Assembly (NCBI GenBank): GCA_963661055.1
Contig: CAVLAC010000001.1
Span: forward strand, 1-42,719
Direction: 5' to 3'
Length of the DNA stretch: 42,719 nucleotides
Source: a bacterium
GTDB lineage: Bacteria > Verrucomicrobiota > Kiritimatiellia > RFP12 > UBA1067
A program made the position numbers and the translations under genes. The notes under the pieces were generated by a model, which worked only from the letters and a program-made list of their open reading frames with translations, searched no databases and was not told the DNA's origin. Below are positions 1-10,175 of the stretch, one piece after another; within the stretch, counting starts at the first letter, position 1, and the number at the start of each line of letters is the position of its first letter.

Positions 1-71
1 CTGCCGCGCAGTTCGTGAAAGACCTCAAAGCCGCCTACGCCCAACGCGCCGCCATCCGCCACGCGAAGTAG
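1..71 (+). CDS. 3' end of an unidentified CDS entering from the left window edge (partial)
   Basis: The frame starting at nt 3 is open from the edge to TAG at 69-71 (AAQFVKDLKAAYAQRAAIRHAK*). Codon third positions are GC-rich like the neighbouring genes. A GC hairpin follows. Too short for a functional call. Confidence 0.35.
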   Translation, partial: AAQFVKDLKAAYAQRAAIRHAK

Positions 72-72
72 C

Positions 73-94
73 GGTCACGCGGGGACGCGTGACC
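73..94 (+). terminator. GC hairpin between convergent genes, candidate intrinsic terminator
   Basis: 9-bp perfect stem GGTCACGCG/CGCGTGACC with a GGGA loop, followed by CTACCTTTGATCTTTG (T-containing but not a clean U-tract). Confidence 0.4.
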
Positions 95-152
95 CTACCT
101 TTGATCTTTGACAATTGAATTTCTGAATAGCCCCCTTAAAATCCAAGAAGGC

Positions 153-980
153 TCAGAAGCCTAGGAGGTGGAGGTAGGCGGAAACGAGTTCGGGGCCGTA
201 GAACATCCAGGCGAGGCAGCCGAGGCAGATGTAGGGCCCGTAAGGAATTTCCACGAACTTGCCGAGGCGTGCTTTCGCGGCAAGGATAAGCCCTACGCCC
301 ACAATTGAGCCAAAAATCGACGAAAGCATAAGGACGATAAAGACGGCAAGAGGTCCGAAGAGTGCCCCCACGGCACCCATCAAGAAGACATCCCCAAGCC
401 CCATCGCCTCACGCTTAAAGGCTTTCGTTCCCAAAAAGCGAATGAGCCAGAGGAGTCCGAACCCAAAGGCGAGTCCACTCAGTGAGAAAAGCGGTGAGAT
501 ACCAAATGGCGCGAGGTTGAATTCATAGCCGAAGTGCCGCGCAAGTGCCGCGCCGAGGCTTAGGACGACACCATAAATCATCCCTCCGACTGTAACAAAG
601 TCAGGAAGAAGCTTATGGTCAAAGTCAATGAAGCTCCCGACCAGCATTAGAGCGAGCCATACCCACGAGAGTGGCGCGGCAATTCCAAAGCGTGCGTAGG
701 CGGCAACAAAGAGAGCTCCACCCAAGAATTCGACAAGCGGATACCGTGCCGAAATCGGGTTTTTGCACGCGGCACATTTTCCGCGCAAGGCGACCCATGA
801 GAGGATAGGAATGTTCAAATACCACGGAATTGCCGCGTTACACTTGGGGCAATGCGAGGGCGGCGAGACAATGGACTCTCCGCGCGGCACACGCCAAATG
901 ACGACATTCAAGAAACTCGCTAGGCACGCGCCAAAAGCGAAGATGAATGCGTAAAGCCAAGGTGTCGGCAAGAGGTGCAT
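153..980 (-). CDS. Prepilin peptidase (A24 family, PilD/GspO-like)
   Basis: 275 aa and polytopic. It has the N-terminal Cys box CPKCNAAIPWYLNIPILSWVALRGKCAACKNPISARYPLVE typical of type IV prepilin peptidases, plus the GLGDV motif region. Confidence 0.88.
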   Translation of the reverse strand: MHLLPTPWLYAFIFAFGACLASFLNVVIWRVPRGESIVSPPSHCPKCNAAIPWYLNIPILSWVALRGKCAACKNPISARYPLVEFLGGALFVAAYARFGIAAPLSWVWLALMLVGSFIDFDHKLLPDFVTVGGMIYGVVLSLGAALARHFGYEFNLAPFGISPLFSLSGLAFGFGLLWLIRFLGTKAFKREAMGLGDVFLMGAVGALFGPLAVFIVLMLSSIFGSIVGVGLILAAKARLGKFVEIPYGPYICLGCLAWMFYGPELVSAYLHLLGF

Positions 981-983
981 CCG

Positions 984-1970
984 TTATTCGCTCTTCAGGT
1001 CGCGGCTCATCATCGCCGATACAGCGTCCGCCGCATTATAATTCTCGTAGCAAAGCGCATAGACGAGATTACAAATGGGCATTTCGACCCCGAGTTTGGC
1101 GGCGAGATCGTGGATAACTTTCGCGTTCCATACGCCTTCCGCCACCATCTGCATAGAGCCGAGAATCGCGTCAATTTTCTCGCCTTTGCCAAGGCGTTCG
1201 CCGACGGAATGATTGCGTGAATGAACCGAGGTACAGGTGACAATCAAATCACCCACGCCCGCGAGCCCACTCATTGTCTCAGGCGTGCCGCCATAGGCGA
1301 GAACAAAGCGCTTCATTTCAGCGAGCCCCCGCGTAATAAGTGCCGCGCGGGTATTGTCACCAAAGCCCATACCGTCCGAACAGCCAACGGCAATGGCGAG
1401 GACATTCTTAACCGCTCCGCCAATTTCTACGCCGACGGGGTCTTTGGAAGTATAGACGCGGAAGGTCGGCCCCGACCAAATGCGCTGGACGCGCTGCGCC
1501 TTTTCCTCATCCTCACACGCCGCGACAATGGCGGTTGGAATGCCGCGCGAGACTTCCTCGGCGTGGGTGGGGCCCGCGAGAGCGACGACGCTCTTTAGCC
1601 CGAGAATCTCCTTCGCGAGCTGGGTCATCCGTTTGTTGGTTTTCTCGCAGAGTCCCTTTGTAAGCGAAACAACGAGGTGGTCATCGGTGATGAGTCCCTT
1701 AAAGCCCTCGATAACGGATGCAAAATACTTCGAGGGCGGCGCGAGCACCACGACTTCCGCACCCGCGAGTGCCGCGTTGCGGTCGCTTGTGAGACTTAGC
1801 GACTCGGGCAAAGTGACGCCCTTCAGGAACTTGTCATTACGCCGCGTGCGGCGCATTTCCTCGATGTAATCAGGGAACGCCCCCCAGAGCGTGACTTCGT
1901 TGCCGTAGCCCGCGAGCAAAAGTGCATTCGCGGTGCCCCATCCGCCATCACCAATAACTGCTATTTTCAT
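984..1970 (-). CDS. gpsA: NAD(P)H-dependent glycerol-3-phosphate dehydrogenase
   Basis: 328 aa. N-terminal Rossmann motif [14 protein letters not shown] and full-length GpsA-like sequence ([12 protein letters not shown]). Confidence 0.92.
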   Translation of the reverse strand: MKIAVIGDGGWGTANALLLAGYGNEVTLWGAFPDYIEEMRRTRRNDKFLKGVTLPESLSLTSDRNAALAGAEVVVLAPPSKYFASVIEGFKGLITDDHLVVSLTKGLCEKTNKRMTQLAKEILGLKSVVALAGPTHAEEVSRGIPTAIVAACEDEEKAQRVQRIWSGPTFRVYTSKDPVGVEIGGAVKNVLAIAVGCSDGMGFGDNTRAALITRGLAEMKRFVLAYGGTPETMSGLAGVGDLIVTCTSVHSRNHSVGERLGKGEKIDAILGSMQMVAEGVWNAKVIHDLAAKLGVEMPICNLVYALCYENYNAADAVSAMMSRDLKSE

Positions 1971-3154
1971 AAGATATGCCCCATTTTTTCGCGCTTAGTC
2001 TCAAGATAACGGCGGTCGTATTCGGTCGGCGCAATGACAATCGGCACGCGCTCGACGATTTCGAGTCCGTAGCCATCAAGTCCGACGACCTTGCGCGGAT
2101 TATTTGTCATTAGGCGCAACTTCTTTACGCCGAGATCTGCCAAAATCTGTGCGCCCTCGCCATAATCGCGCAGGTCAGGGGCGAAACCAAGGGCGACATT
2201 CGCCTCGACGGTATCGAGTCCCTCCTCTTGCTTGCGGTAGGCGTGAAGTTTATTGGCAAGCCCAATGCCGCGCCCTTCTTGGCGCATATAAACGACCACG
2301 CCGCGCCCTTCTTTCTCAATCATTTGGAGGGCGGTATGGAGTTGCGGACCGCAATCGCACCGCTCTGAGCCGAGCACATCGCCTGTGAAGCATTCGGAAT
2401 GCACGCGAGCAAGTACAGGCGCGTCACTTGTGAGGTCGCCCTTGATAATCGCCAAATGCTCAAGCCCCGTCAAGCGGCTACGATACATCTTGAGACGGAA
2501 GTGTCCGTAGGAAGTGGGCAAATCCACATCCTCGACGGCCTCGACGAGCTTATCATACCGCCGCCGATAGGCGATGAGGTCGGCAATGCGGAGCATTTTG
2601 AGGTTGTGCTTGCGAGCAAATTCGATATGGTCGGGAAGCCGCGCCATAGAGCCATCATCGCGCATAATCTCACAGCAGAGCCCTGCTTCCTTAAGCCCCG
2701 CGAGACGAATCAAGTCCACAGTCGCCTCGGTGTGCCCCGCGCGCTTAAGAACGCCGCCTTCGCGTGCACGCAGTGGGAACATATGACCTGGACGGCGAAA
2801 ATCACGGCCCTTCGCATTCGGGGCAACAATGGCGCGCGCCGTAATGCCGCGCTCGGCGGCTGAAATGCCTGTCGTCGTCGCCACCGCGTCAATTGAGACG
2901 GTAAAGGCGGTATGGTGATTATCGGTATTCTCGCTCACCATCTGAGGCAAATCAAGCGCATCGCAAAGTGCACCCGACATCGGCATGCAAATGAGTCCCT
3001 TGGCGTAAGAAGCCATGAAGTTCACATTTTCGGTTGTCGCGAACTCCGCCGCGCAAATGCAATCGCCCTCATTCTCGCGGTCTTCGGCGTCCGTCACCAA
3101 AATGATTTCGCCGCGCCGCAGGGCTTCCAAGCACTCTTCAACAGTATTAAACAT
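1967..3154 (-). CDS. ribBA: Bifunctional 3,4-dihydroxy-2-butanone-4-phosphate synthase / GTP cyclohydrolase II
   Basis: 395 aa. The RibB half contains DRENEGD and the RibA half contains [19 protein letters not shown]. 4-nt overlap with gpsA. Confidence 0.93.
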   Translation of the reverse strand: MFNTVEECLEALRRGEIILVTDAEDRENEGDCICAAEFATTENVNFMASYAKGLICMPMSGALCDALDLPQMVSENTDNHHTAFTVSIDAVATTTGISAAERGITARAIVAPNAKGRDFRRPGHMFPLRAREGGVLKRAGHTEATVDLIRLAGLKEAGLCCEIMRDDGSMARLPDHIEFARKHNLKMLRIADLIAYRRRYDKLVEAVEDVDLPTSYGHFRLKMYRSRLTGLEHLAIIKGDLTSDAPVLARVHSECFTGDVLGSERCDCGPQLHTALQMIEKEGRGVVVYMRQEGRGIGLANKLHAYRKQEEGLDTVEANVALGFAPDLRDYGEGAQILADLGVKKLRLMTNNPRKVVGLDGYGLEIVERVPIVIAPTEYDRRYLETKREKMGHIL

Positions 3155-3166
3155 GCAAAACCTTTC

Positions 3167-3778
3167 TTACGAACCTGGGTGCACGGGGTGCGAGCCCGCC
3201 TTGCAGAGGGGGCACTCGGCGGGCTGCCAAGTTTCAGGTGTCATCTGCATAAGCGAAAACATCGGGATAGAACCAAACGAAACCTTGTCGCCCGAGCGAT
3301 CGACGAGCAGAACAACTGCCGCGACTTCGCAACCCGCATTCTTCACGAGGTCGATTGTCTCTTGGACGCGCCCACCCTTGGTGACCACATCTTCCGCGAC
3401 CACATAGCGTTCGCCCGGCTTCAGCGTAAAGCGGCGCATGGCGAGGATGGTATTGGGCTTGCCTGTCGCGTCCACGCCTTCACCCTGCACCTTCTCGGCG
3501 AAGACGCACTTCGTATCGAGGGCGCGGGCGACTTCGTGTCCGACAAGGATTCCGCCGACGGCAGGGGAAATGACACCGTCAATCTTGCCAATATCACATC
3601 CCGCTTTCATCTTCTCGACGACCGCGTCGCAGAGTTTTGCCGCGATACGCGGATAGCGCAGGACATTCGCGCATTGAAAATAGCGGTTTGAATGGAGTTT
3701 TGAGCGCAATTCGAAGTGCCCTTCGAGGAGGGCTCCTGTTGATTTAAACGCTTCGAGTACTTCAGCTTCGGTCATCAT
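3167..3778 (-). CDS. pyrE: Orotate phosphoribosyltransferase
   Basis: 203 aa. PRPP-binding loop VVAEDVVTKGGRV and PyrE-like N-terminus (LLEGHFELRSKLHSNRYFQ). Confidence 0.85.
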   Translation of the reverse strand: MMTEAEVLEAFKSTGALLEGHFELRSKLHSNRYFQCANVLRYPRIAAKLCDAVVEKMKAGCDIGKIDGVISPAVGGILVGHEVARALDTKCVFAEKVQGEGVDATGKPNTILAMRRFTLKPGERYVVAEDVVTKGGRVQETIDLVKNAGCEVAAVVLLVDRSGDKVSFGSIPMFSLMQMTPETWQPAECPLCKAGSHPVHPGS

Positions 3779-3791
3779 AGTAGAGATCCTT

Positions 3792-4283
3792 TCAATCTTC
3801 TATTTTTAGTAATTCAGCACGAGTAAAGGGGTTCGTATCTTTAGGCGCGGTTGCCTCATTTTGGGCAGGTATCACGCGCGGCGCAGGGGCGGCGAGGGAA
3901 AGTGGGCGCGGCAAGGGTGCGCGGCGGTTGGGGCGCTCGAGGTGACCCTCCACACAATCCTTTAGGGCAAGGACGCTCACGGGCTCGCTCTCGGGCAAAT
4001 CAAGTGCCGAAAGATCCACCGTATGGGCACGCGCTTCAGCGAGCCCTGGTTGCCACGCCGAGCGAATCGCCTTAATCGCGGCAAGTTCCTGCGCGGGCTC
4101 AAGGGAAATCAAAGCGCCGAAAGCAGGTGCGGGCGCGGCACTTGGGCTCGTGAGGGTCGTCGGGAGGGAGCGCAAAGACGAATACATCAAAAGCGCGAGC
4201 GCGGCAGGGACAGCAAATGTCAGGAGAAGTGAGAGGAACTCACTCCGCAAACGCCGCTGAGGTCTATACGCGCTTTTGCTCAC
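3792..4283 (-). CDS. Hypothetical membrane-anchored Pro/Ala-rich protein, last gene of the ExbB/ExbD-like operon (possible TonB/TolA-like spacer protein lacking a recognisable C-terminal domain)
   Basis: 163 aa with one N-terminal TM helix (FLSLLLTFAVPAALALLMY) followed by a Pro/Ala-rich region. 4-nt overlap with the ExbD-like gene. Confidence 0.5.
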   Translation of the reverse strand: MSKSAYRPQRRLRSEFLSLLLTFAVPAALALLMYSSLRSLPTTLTSPSAAPAPAFGALISLEPAQELAAIKAIRSAWQPGLAEARAHTVDLSALDLPESEPVSVLALKDCVEGHLERPNRRAPLPRPLSLAAPAPRVIPAQNEATAPKDTNPFTRAELLKIED

Positions 4284-4759
4284 TCCGCCTCCTGTTCAAG
4301 CGCCTCATTCTTTGTCGCGAAGAAAAACTTCTTAACGCCACTTCGCCGCGCCAATGCCGCGAGTCGCATAAGGTCGCCGCCCGTCACATGTTTGTCGGCG
4401 AGAATAAGGAACGACGGAGTCTCGGCGGTGCTTACGCGATTTGCCAATTGATTCGCGAAGGAGTCCATAGAGGCCTCATCCTCTAGCACATAACGCGCAT
4501 CATCAAAGAAGACGAGCGTCTCTTTTGCCGTGGGCATAACGAGCGCGGCAAGGGAAATGTTGGCGCGGTCCACGGCATCGGCTGTGGGCAAGTCAAACAT
4601 CACGCCTTTCGCCGAAGAAAGCGTCCCTGAGAGCAAATAAAGGAGCAAAAAGAGGATTAGTACGGCAATATAAGGGACGGCTTCCACAAACGGACGCCAA
4701 TCGCCTAATTTTGTGCGTGAAGGGCTCGCCTCACGCGCCGTTCGCCAATTCCAATTCAT
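4280..4759 (-). CDS. ExbD/TolR family biopolymer transport protein
   Basis: 159 aa with a single TM helix followed by an ExbD-like periplasmic domain (FDLPTA...LVFFDD...FLILADKHV). Coupled to the upstream MotA/TolQ/ExbB gene. Confidence 0.8.
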   Translation of the reverse strand: MNWNWRTAREASPSRTKLGDWRPFVEAVPYIAVLILFLLLYLLSGTLSSAKGVMFDLPTADAVDRANISLAALVMPTAKETLVFFDDARYVLEDEASMDSFANQLANRVSTAETPSFLILADKHVTGGDLMRLAALARRSGVKKFFFATKNEALEQEAE

Positions 4760-5376
4760 GCGGCAGACCCTTTCGCGGGGGCATTCTTCGTCGCGAAGTA
4801 GCTCACGATGGAAGTCGCGGCAGCTTCGAGATTGTAAACAATGCGGTCGACACGCAACTTAAGCGAGGCGTGCATAACGATAACGGGAATCATCACGCCC
4901 AGCCCCAAGGCGGTGGAAAGAAAGGCGGGGGTCGCGGCACTTAGGAGATCCGCACGCGAAACGAGCACTTCGCTATTAATGAGCATCAAAGAACGCACAA
5001 AGCCAAGGACTGTGCCGAGAAGCCCCAGAAGTGGCGCAATGCGTCCGATTAGCGCGAGAGTCGCGAGTCGGCGATAAAGGCGACTCACAATGACGCGTCC
5101 TTGGGCATCCACGGCTTCCCGCAAGATATGTACGCCCGCCTCGCGGCGATGGATGGCGCACGCCATAAGTTCCGCGACCGGTACAGGCGTATCCTCGCAA
5201 ATGGCGAGCGCCTCATTTTCATTGCCGCTATCAAGCACATTAAAAACGCCCTTGGCAAAGTCCTGCCAATCAATTTGGGCGCGGCGCAATTCGAAGAAGC
5301 GGCTCAGAAAGACGAGAACCGCGACGAGCGCGAGTGCCAGAAAAATCCAATACATAGGGTTATCAAAGGTAATCAT
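4756..5376 (-). CDS. MotA/TolQ/ExbB family proton channel
   Basis: 206 aa with the family signature IAPLLGLLGTVLGF and 3 TM segments. Confidence 0.85.
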   Translation of the reverse strand: MITFDNPMYWIFLALALVAVLVFLSRFFELRRAQIDWQDFAKGVFNVLDSGNENEALAICEDTPVPVAELMACAIHRREAGVHILREAVDAQGRVIVSRLYRRLATLALIGRIAPLLGLLGTVLGFVRSLMLINSEVLVSRADLLSAATPAFLSTALGLGVMIPVIVMHASLKLRVDRIVYNLEAAATSIVSYFATKNAPAKGSAA

Positions 5377-7460
5377 TAGTAGAGCCCTCCCGTCTGCAAT
5401 TTATCAATACGCCGCTCAGCCTCGACGGCTGCAGGGACATCGCTTGCCGCGACAAGTTCCAGAATGCGTTCCGCCTGCCGCTTGAGTCCGCGTCGCTCAT
5501 ATTCATCAGCGAGGCGAAAGGCGGCTTTCACAAAGACCGCGCGGGCTTCATCATCAAAGACGACTCCCGCGAGGCGATTGGAGCGGTAAGACAAAACCAC
5601 ATTCGTATAATATTCGTCGAGTGCCCCCTCGAGGCGCCCCATCTTCTCAAGCGTACGCGCCACTTTATAGGCGACAACGAGGCGGCGAGACGGAGGCAAC
5701 GCTTCGCCTTGCCCAATCATATGGTAAGTGAGAAGTGCTTCCTCATAGCGCGTCGGATTATCCGCGCCCATCGCGAAGAGAGCGTCCGCCTTCAGCATCC
5801 GTGCCGTCAAGCGGTCGGCGGCGGAATCTACCGAGGCCTCAAAAGCACGGTCAAGAACGAGAATTGCCTCCTCAAAACGCGCGAGGGCAATGAGCGCTTC
5901 GCCCTGCACGAGATACGCGGCAAAAGCATCCTTCGCCTTCGGGTAGTCATTGAGGCACTTGGTACTCAGTGTCACCGCATTCTCAAAAGCCCCACCCGCA
6001 TATGCCGCGCGAGAAGCCCAAATGAGAGCCGTAGCCGCCTCGGGATTCGGGGCAATGCTCGCGGCATATTCTTCAAAGAGTTTTGCCGCCTCGTGCCACC
6101 GCGCTTGGCCGTAGGCGTACTTGGCAAGCCAATGCTTCGCCTTATTGCGTGCTTCGGAATCTTTTGCCTGCAAAGCGAGTTCCTTCGCCTTGGCGAGCGC
6201 TTCCTCATCGCGGTTGAGCCCATAGAGGCAAAGAATATCAAGATATGCCATCTTATCCGCACGCGCAGGGTCTTCCTTGGCAAGTGCCGCGAAAAGTTTG
6301 CGCGCCTCGCCAAATTGGAAGGTGCGGTAGAGTTCGCGTCCGCGTGTTTCCATATCCTTGAGCTTCACGAGAACAGCGAGTTTCTTTCCAGCGGGGGTAT
6401 CGGGGTACTTAGAAAGGACAAGCCGATAGCGTTCCATTGATTCTTCGGCACGCCCTGCTTCCGCAAGCATATCGCCCTGAGCGAGAACGATTTGCGCCTG
6501 CTCAAGGGCATTCGTCGTACAACTTTCCGCCGCGCTAAAAGCGTCCATCGCCTCATCAACACGCCCCAACTTACGGAGCGCCCACGCACGCTCTTCCTGC
6601 ACCGCGCCATTCTTGGCAAGCGTCGGCCAAATCTCGAGGGCATCCCGATAAGCAGCAACCGCGTCTTCGTTACGGTCAGCCACCAATAAAGCATGGGCAT
6701 AGGCGAGGAAAGCGGGCTGGACATCATACCTATCGGGGTGGCGTTGCGCGGCAGTTCGGATTACCTTTTCCGCGTCACTTACCTTGTTGGTATCGGCAAG
6801 GTCGTGTACGGCGACCTGCAAAGCCAATTGATTTCGCGCAATTTCGAGCTTTACTTGCGGAATTAGGTTCGTAATTAGCGTATAATCATCCAATTGAAGT
6901 GCCGCCATTACCCGCGCAAATTCCTCGGTTTTGGGAGATTCGGCGAGGGCACGCCAAATGGCTTTCGCACGGTTGGTCTCGCCTTGTGCCGCGTAAATCT
7001 CGGCGGCGACGAGTTGCTCGGGAGTTCCGCCCTTCTCAAGTTCCAACTTTTCGGCTAGGGAATCGGCTTCCTTAATTTTGCCGCGCTCAAGGAGGAGTGC
7101 CGCCTGAAGAGCCCCCGCGCGGCACTTTTCTTCGGCGAACGCGAAGTCCGTTTTCGCCAAAAGAGCGATACATTCGTCCGTTTTGCCTAGTTTCGCGAGG
7201 GCGAAGGCACGATAGAAGACGAAGGAAGGCGTTGCCGCGTCGCCCCAGCCATCAATTTCCTTAATAATATCCTGCCAGCGCTGTTCATTCGCGTAGCTCT
7301 CAAGCGTGACGAGCCGCGCCTCATCCTGGGGCAACTCGCGCGCATGGGTTCGGGCAATGGACCAGAGTCCGTCTCGAAGTGCCGCGCGGGAAACGGGGGG
7401 CGTCCCCGCCGCGATCGCGGCAGTTGCGAGAAGAACGGAAGCTAGCAGTACCTTACGCAA
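5376..7460 (-). CDS. Secreted tetratricopeptide-repeat protein
   Basis: 694 aa. Signal peptide MRKVLLASVLLATAAIAAG, then Ala/Leu-rich TPR-like helical repeats throughout. 1-nt overlap with the exbB-like gene. Confidence 0.7.
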   Translation of the reverse strand: MRKVLLASVLLATAAIAAGTPPVSRAALRDGLWSIARTHARELPQDEARLVTLESYANEQRWQDIIKEIDGWGDAATPSFVFYRAFALAKLGKTDECIALLAKTDFAFAEEKCRAGALQAALLLERGKIKEADSLAEKLELEKGGTPEQLVAAEIYAAQGETNRAKAIWRALAESPKTEEFARVMAALQLDDYTLITNLIPQVKLEIARNQLALQVAVHDLADTNKVSDAEKVIRTAAQRHPDRYDVQPAFLAYAHALLVADRNEDAVAAYRDALEIWPTLAKNGAVQEERAWALRKLGRVDEAMDAFSAAESCTTNALEQAQIVLAQGDMLAEAGRAEESMERYRLVLSKYPDTPAGKKLAVLVKLKDMETRGRELYRTFQFGEARKLFAALAKEDPARADKMAYLDILCLYGLNRDEEALAKAKELALQAKDSEARNKAKHWLAKYAYGQARWHEAAKLFEEYAASIAPNPEAATALIWASRAAYAGGAFENAVTLSTKCLNDYPKAKDAFAAYLVQGEALIALARFEEAILVLDRAFEASVDSAADRLTARMLKADALFAMGADNPTRYEEALLTYHMIGQGEALPPSRRLVVAYKVARTLEKMGRLEGALDEYYTNVVLSYRSNRLAGVVFDDEARAVFVKAAFRLADEYERRGLKRQAERILELVAASDVPAAVEAERRIDKLQTGGLY

Positions 7461-7462
7461 AA

Positions 7463-8428
7463 TCAGATTTCTCCACCTAAATAGCCCATTTCAGCGAGAA
7501 TGCGCTTGTTTTCCATCCAATTGCGCTCTTCCTTGACCTGCATCTTGAGGGTGACCTTGAGTTCAAAGACTTGGCGCAATTCGCGTTCCGCCTCTTCGCG
7601 CACCTTCTTAATGACCGCCCCGCCTTTGCCAATCACAATCCCGACTTGCGATTCACGGTTGACGAGAACATCCACATTGACCTTCCAGCGCTTATCCGTT
7701 TCTTCAATGGACTTCACGCATATCCCGAGTTCGTGTGGGATTTCGCGGTACATATGACCAATAAACTTCTCACGGATAATATCCGCGATGGTAAGGCGGC
7801 GGGGGTAGTCCGTAACGACATCCTCGGGGAAGAGCAATTCGCCAGGCTCGGCGAGCGAAAAGAGTGCGTCCAAAGTGGCATTTTCGCCACCCTCAGTCGA
7901 AGCAATCGCCTTCACCCAAATGGGCTCAGGCACGGGAAGTGCCGCGTCCGCACCTTCGACAGGGGTGGTTTTAAGCGCTTCTTCCCACGCCTCGTGGTAC
8001 ATCGTCTCAAAGAACGGCTTTTTATCCGCTTTATTGAGCACAAACACCACCTTTGACGGACGCTCCTTGGCGACGCGATTCATCCAGCCCGTATCTTCCA
8101 TCTGGGGTTCCTCGGCGGCATCAAAGACGACGCAGAGGATATCCACTCCCGCGGCACTTCGGCGTGCCATACGGTTGAGGAGGGTTCCAAGATGCCCCTG
8201 CGCCTTATGAAGACCAGGGGTATCGAGAAGGACGAGCTGTCCGCGTGGATCAGCCACAATGCCGCGCACGGTATTGCGGGTCGTTTGTTCAACGGGCGAG
8301 ACGATAGAGATTTTCTCCCCGACAAGGCGGTTAACGAGGGTAGATTTACCCGCGTTTGTGCGCCCGACGATGCCCACGACGGCAACGAGCGGCTTCTTTT
8401 CGGTTTCTGTACTCGGCGTATCGCTCAT
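7463..8428 (-). CDS. era: GTPase Era
   Basis: 321 aa. G1 motif GRTNAGKST, G3 DTPG, G4 NKAD and a C-terminal KH domain (GKGGAVIKKV). Confidence 0.92.
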   Translation of the reverse strand: MSDTPSTETEKKPLVAVVGIVGRTNAGKSTLVNRLVGEKISIVSPVEQTTRNTVRGIVADPRGQLVLLDTPGLHKAQGHLGTLLNRMARRSAAGVDILCVVFDAAEEPQMEDTGWMNRVAKERPSKVVFVLNKADKKPFFETMYHEAWEEALKTTPVEGADAALPVPEPIWVKAIASTEGGENATLDALFSLAEPGELLFPEDVVTDYPRRLTIADIIREKFIGHMYREIPHELGICVKSIEETDKRWKVNVDVLVNRESQVGIVIGKGGAVIKKVREEAERELRQVFELKVTLKMQVKEERNWMENKRILAEMGYLGGEI

Positions 8429-8430
8429 AA

Positions 8431-10110
8431 TTACGGAACCAAGAACTGCAGCGCGAGAGCCTTCGCCTCACGCTTGACCCGCGCCTGAACTTCGGTGTCG
8501 GCGATATTATCGAGGACATCCGCAATCCATGTGCCAATCTTAATCATTTCCGCTTCCTTCATGCCGCGCGTGGTGACGGAAGCCGTCCCGATACGCACCC
8601 CCGAAGTGCGGAAAGGCGATTCGGTATCGTAAGGAATCGTATTCTTGTTGACGACAATACCTGCCGCGTCGAGTGCCGCGGCGGCGTCCTTACCCGTGAT
8701 GCCCTTCGAAGTCTTGACATCCACCAAGAAGAGGTGGTTATCGGTGCCGCCCGAGACAATGCGGTAGCCGCGATCTTGCACAGTTTTGCAAAGAACTTGG
8801 CAATTTTTGACGACTTGCTGAGCATAGCCCTTCTTCTCAGGCGACATCCATTCGCGGAAGCATACCGCCTTCGCGGCAATGATGTTCTCGAGCGGACCGC
8901 CCTGCATACCCGGGAAGACGGCGGAATCGAGTGCCTTCGCCCACTTTTCCTTGCAAAGGACGAGACCGCCGCGCGGACCGCCCAAAGTCTTGTGGGTGGT
9001 GCTGGTCACAAAGTCCGCGTAAGGGACGGGGCTCTCGTGGGCACCGCCCGCGATGAGACCCGCGATATGCGCCATATCAACCATCATAATACACCCGACC
9101 TTATCGCAAATCTCACGAATGCGCTTAAAGTCAATGGCACGCGGGTAGGCGGAAGCACCCGAGAGCAGAATCTTCGGGCGCACTTCCAGCGCCTGCTTCT
9201 CGAGGGCATCGTAATCGAGCCGCTCCGTTTCCTTATTCACGGTATAAGGGACGATATTGTAGATCTTGCCCGAGAAGTTGACGGGCGAGCCGTGCGAGAG
9301 GTGTCCGCCCTGGTCGAGCGAGAGGGACATAATCGTATCGCCAGGCTTAATTGTGGCAAAATAAACTGCCATATTCGCGGCACTTCCGCAGTGGGGCTGC
9401 ACATTGGCGTGCTCCGCGCCAAAGAGTTCGCACGCCCTCTTGCGGGCGAGTTCCTCGACGGCATCCACGGGCAAGCACCCCGAATACCAGCGCTTCCCCG
9501 GATACCCCTCAGCATACTTATTCATCAAAACCGAGCCTGCCGCCTCGCGGCACGCACGAGAAGAAGTATTTTCGGACGCAATCAAGTTGATTTCGGTATC
9601 TTCCTGCTCAGTCTGTGCACGAATCGCCGCGAAGACTTCGGGGTCATCCTGCAAAAGCCCCGAGGCATCCGAAAGGCGCATCGCGCGTTCCAATTTCGCA
9701 CGGCGACGGGCGTGGCGCTCACTTTCGTCGACGGGAGTCGAGATAAATGCCTTCGCCATCTCAAGCGCATATTCGGGCGAGGTCGTGTCCGCGCCCAAGC
9801 AAAGGATATTCGCGCCATTATGTTGGCGGGTAGTGACTGCCGCGGCGAGTGTCGAGCAAACGGCGGCACGCACATTCTGGAAGCGGTTCGCCGCCATACT
9901 CATACCAATTCCCGAGCGGCAAATCAAAATGCCAAAATCTGCCGCGCCACTCGCGACATCAAGGGCGACGAGGTCGGCGTAATCAGGGTAATCACAGCTA
10001 ATCTTCTCGGCTGGACCCCTATCCAAAACGGACGCAACAGGCGAGAGCCCCGCTACGAGGTAGCTCTTGAGCTCTACTCCACCGTGATCGGAAGCAATGG
10101 CTATTTTCAT
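8431..10110 (-). CDS. glyA: Fusion protein: N-terminal ribose-5-phosphate isomerase B (RpiB/LacAB) domain plus full-length serine hydroxymethyltransferase
   Basis: 559 aa. Residues 1-~145 look like RpiB ([42 protein letters not shown]). From ~aa 150 the sequence is SHMT-like ([25 protein letters not shown]-lysine motif [14 protein letters not shown]). Confidence 0.88.
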   Translation of the reverse strand: MKIAIASDHGGVELKSYLVAGLSPVASVLDRGPAEKISCDYPDYADLVALDVASGAADFGILICRSGIGMSMAANRFQNVRAAVCSTLAAAVTTRQHNGANILCLGADTTSPEYALEMAKAFISTPVDESERHARRRAKLERAMRLSDASGLLQDDPEVFAAIRAQTEQEDTEINLIASENTSSRACREAAGSVLMNKYAEGYPGKRWYSGCLPVDAVEELARKRACELFGAEHANVQPHCGSAANMAVYFATIKPGDTIMSLSLDQGGHLSHGSPVNFSGKIYNIVPYTVNKETERLDYDALEKQALEVRPKILLSGASAYPRAIDFKRIREICDKVGCIMMVDMAHIAGLIAGGAHESPVPYADFVTSTTHKTLGGPRGGLVLCKEKWAKALDSAVFPGMQGGPLENIIAAKAVCFREWMSPEKKGYAQQVVKNCQVLCKTVQDRGYRIVSGGTDNHLFLVDVKTSKGITGKDAAAALDAAGIVVNKNTIPYDTESPFRTSGVRIGTASVTTRGMKEAEMIKIGTWIADVLDNIADTEVQARVKREAKALALQFLVP

Positions 10111-10142
10111 TTTCTAGACAACTCCTTTAATTGTTTACTTAT

Positions 10143-10151
10143 ATTATAGCA
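10143..10151 (-). promoter_or_regulatory. Extended -10 promoter element (TGCTATAAT) for rpiB-glyA
   Basis: The reverse complement reads TTTTTGCTATAAT, about 33 nt upstream of the ATG at 10110. An AAAGGAG Shine-Dalgarno lies between them. Confidence 0.5.
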
Positions 10152-10175
10152 AAAATTGGACGCTTTGGCGCGGTT

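Noticed and set aside
3155-3166. Riboswitches or leaders upstream of ribBA (FMN), rpiB-glyA, the B12-radical SAM gene (cobalamin), purM and the PRT gene (purine).
   Set aside because: Upstream gaps are 6-65 nt, which is too short for these aptamers. The 93-nt purM-fba gap is explained by a terminator-like hairpin.
8734-10149. 471-aa plus-strand ORF antisense to rpiB-glyA. Similar long antisense ORFs: 2912-3691, 26662-27858, 27701-28594, 32748-33758, 35212-36513, 40996-41931 and 29830-30522.
   Set aside because: Each lies entirely within a gene of unambiguous homology on the opposite strand. Their translations are Arg/Gly/Pro-rich low-information sequences, as expected from stop-codon depletion in the antisense frames of GC-rich genes. 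None has motifs, a Shine-Dalgarno sequence or a promoter.
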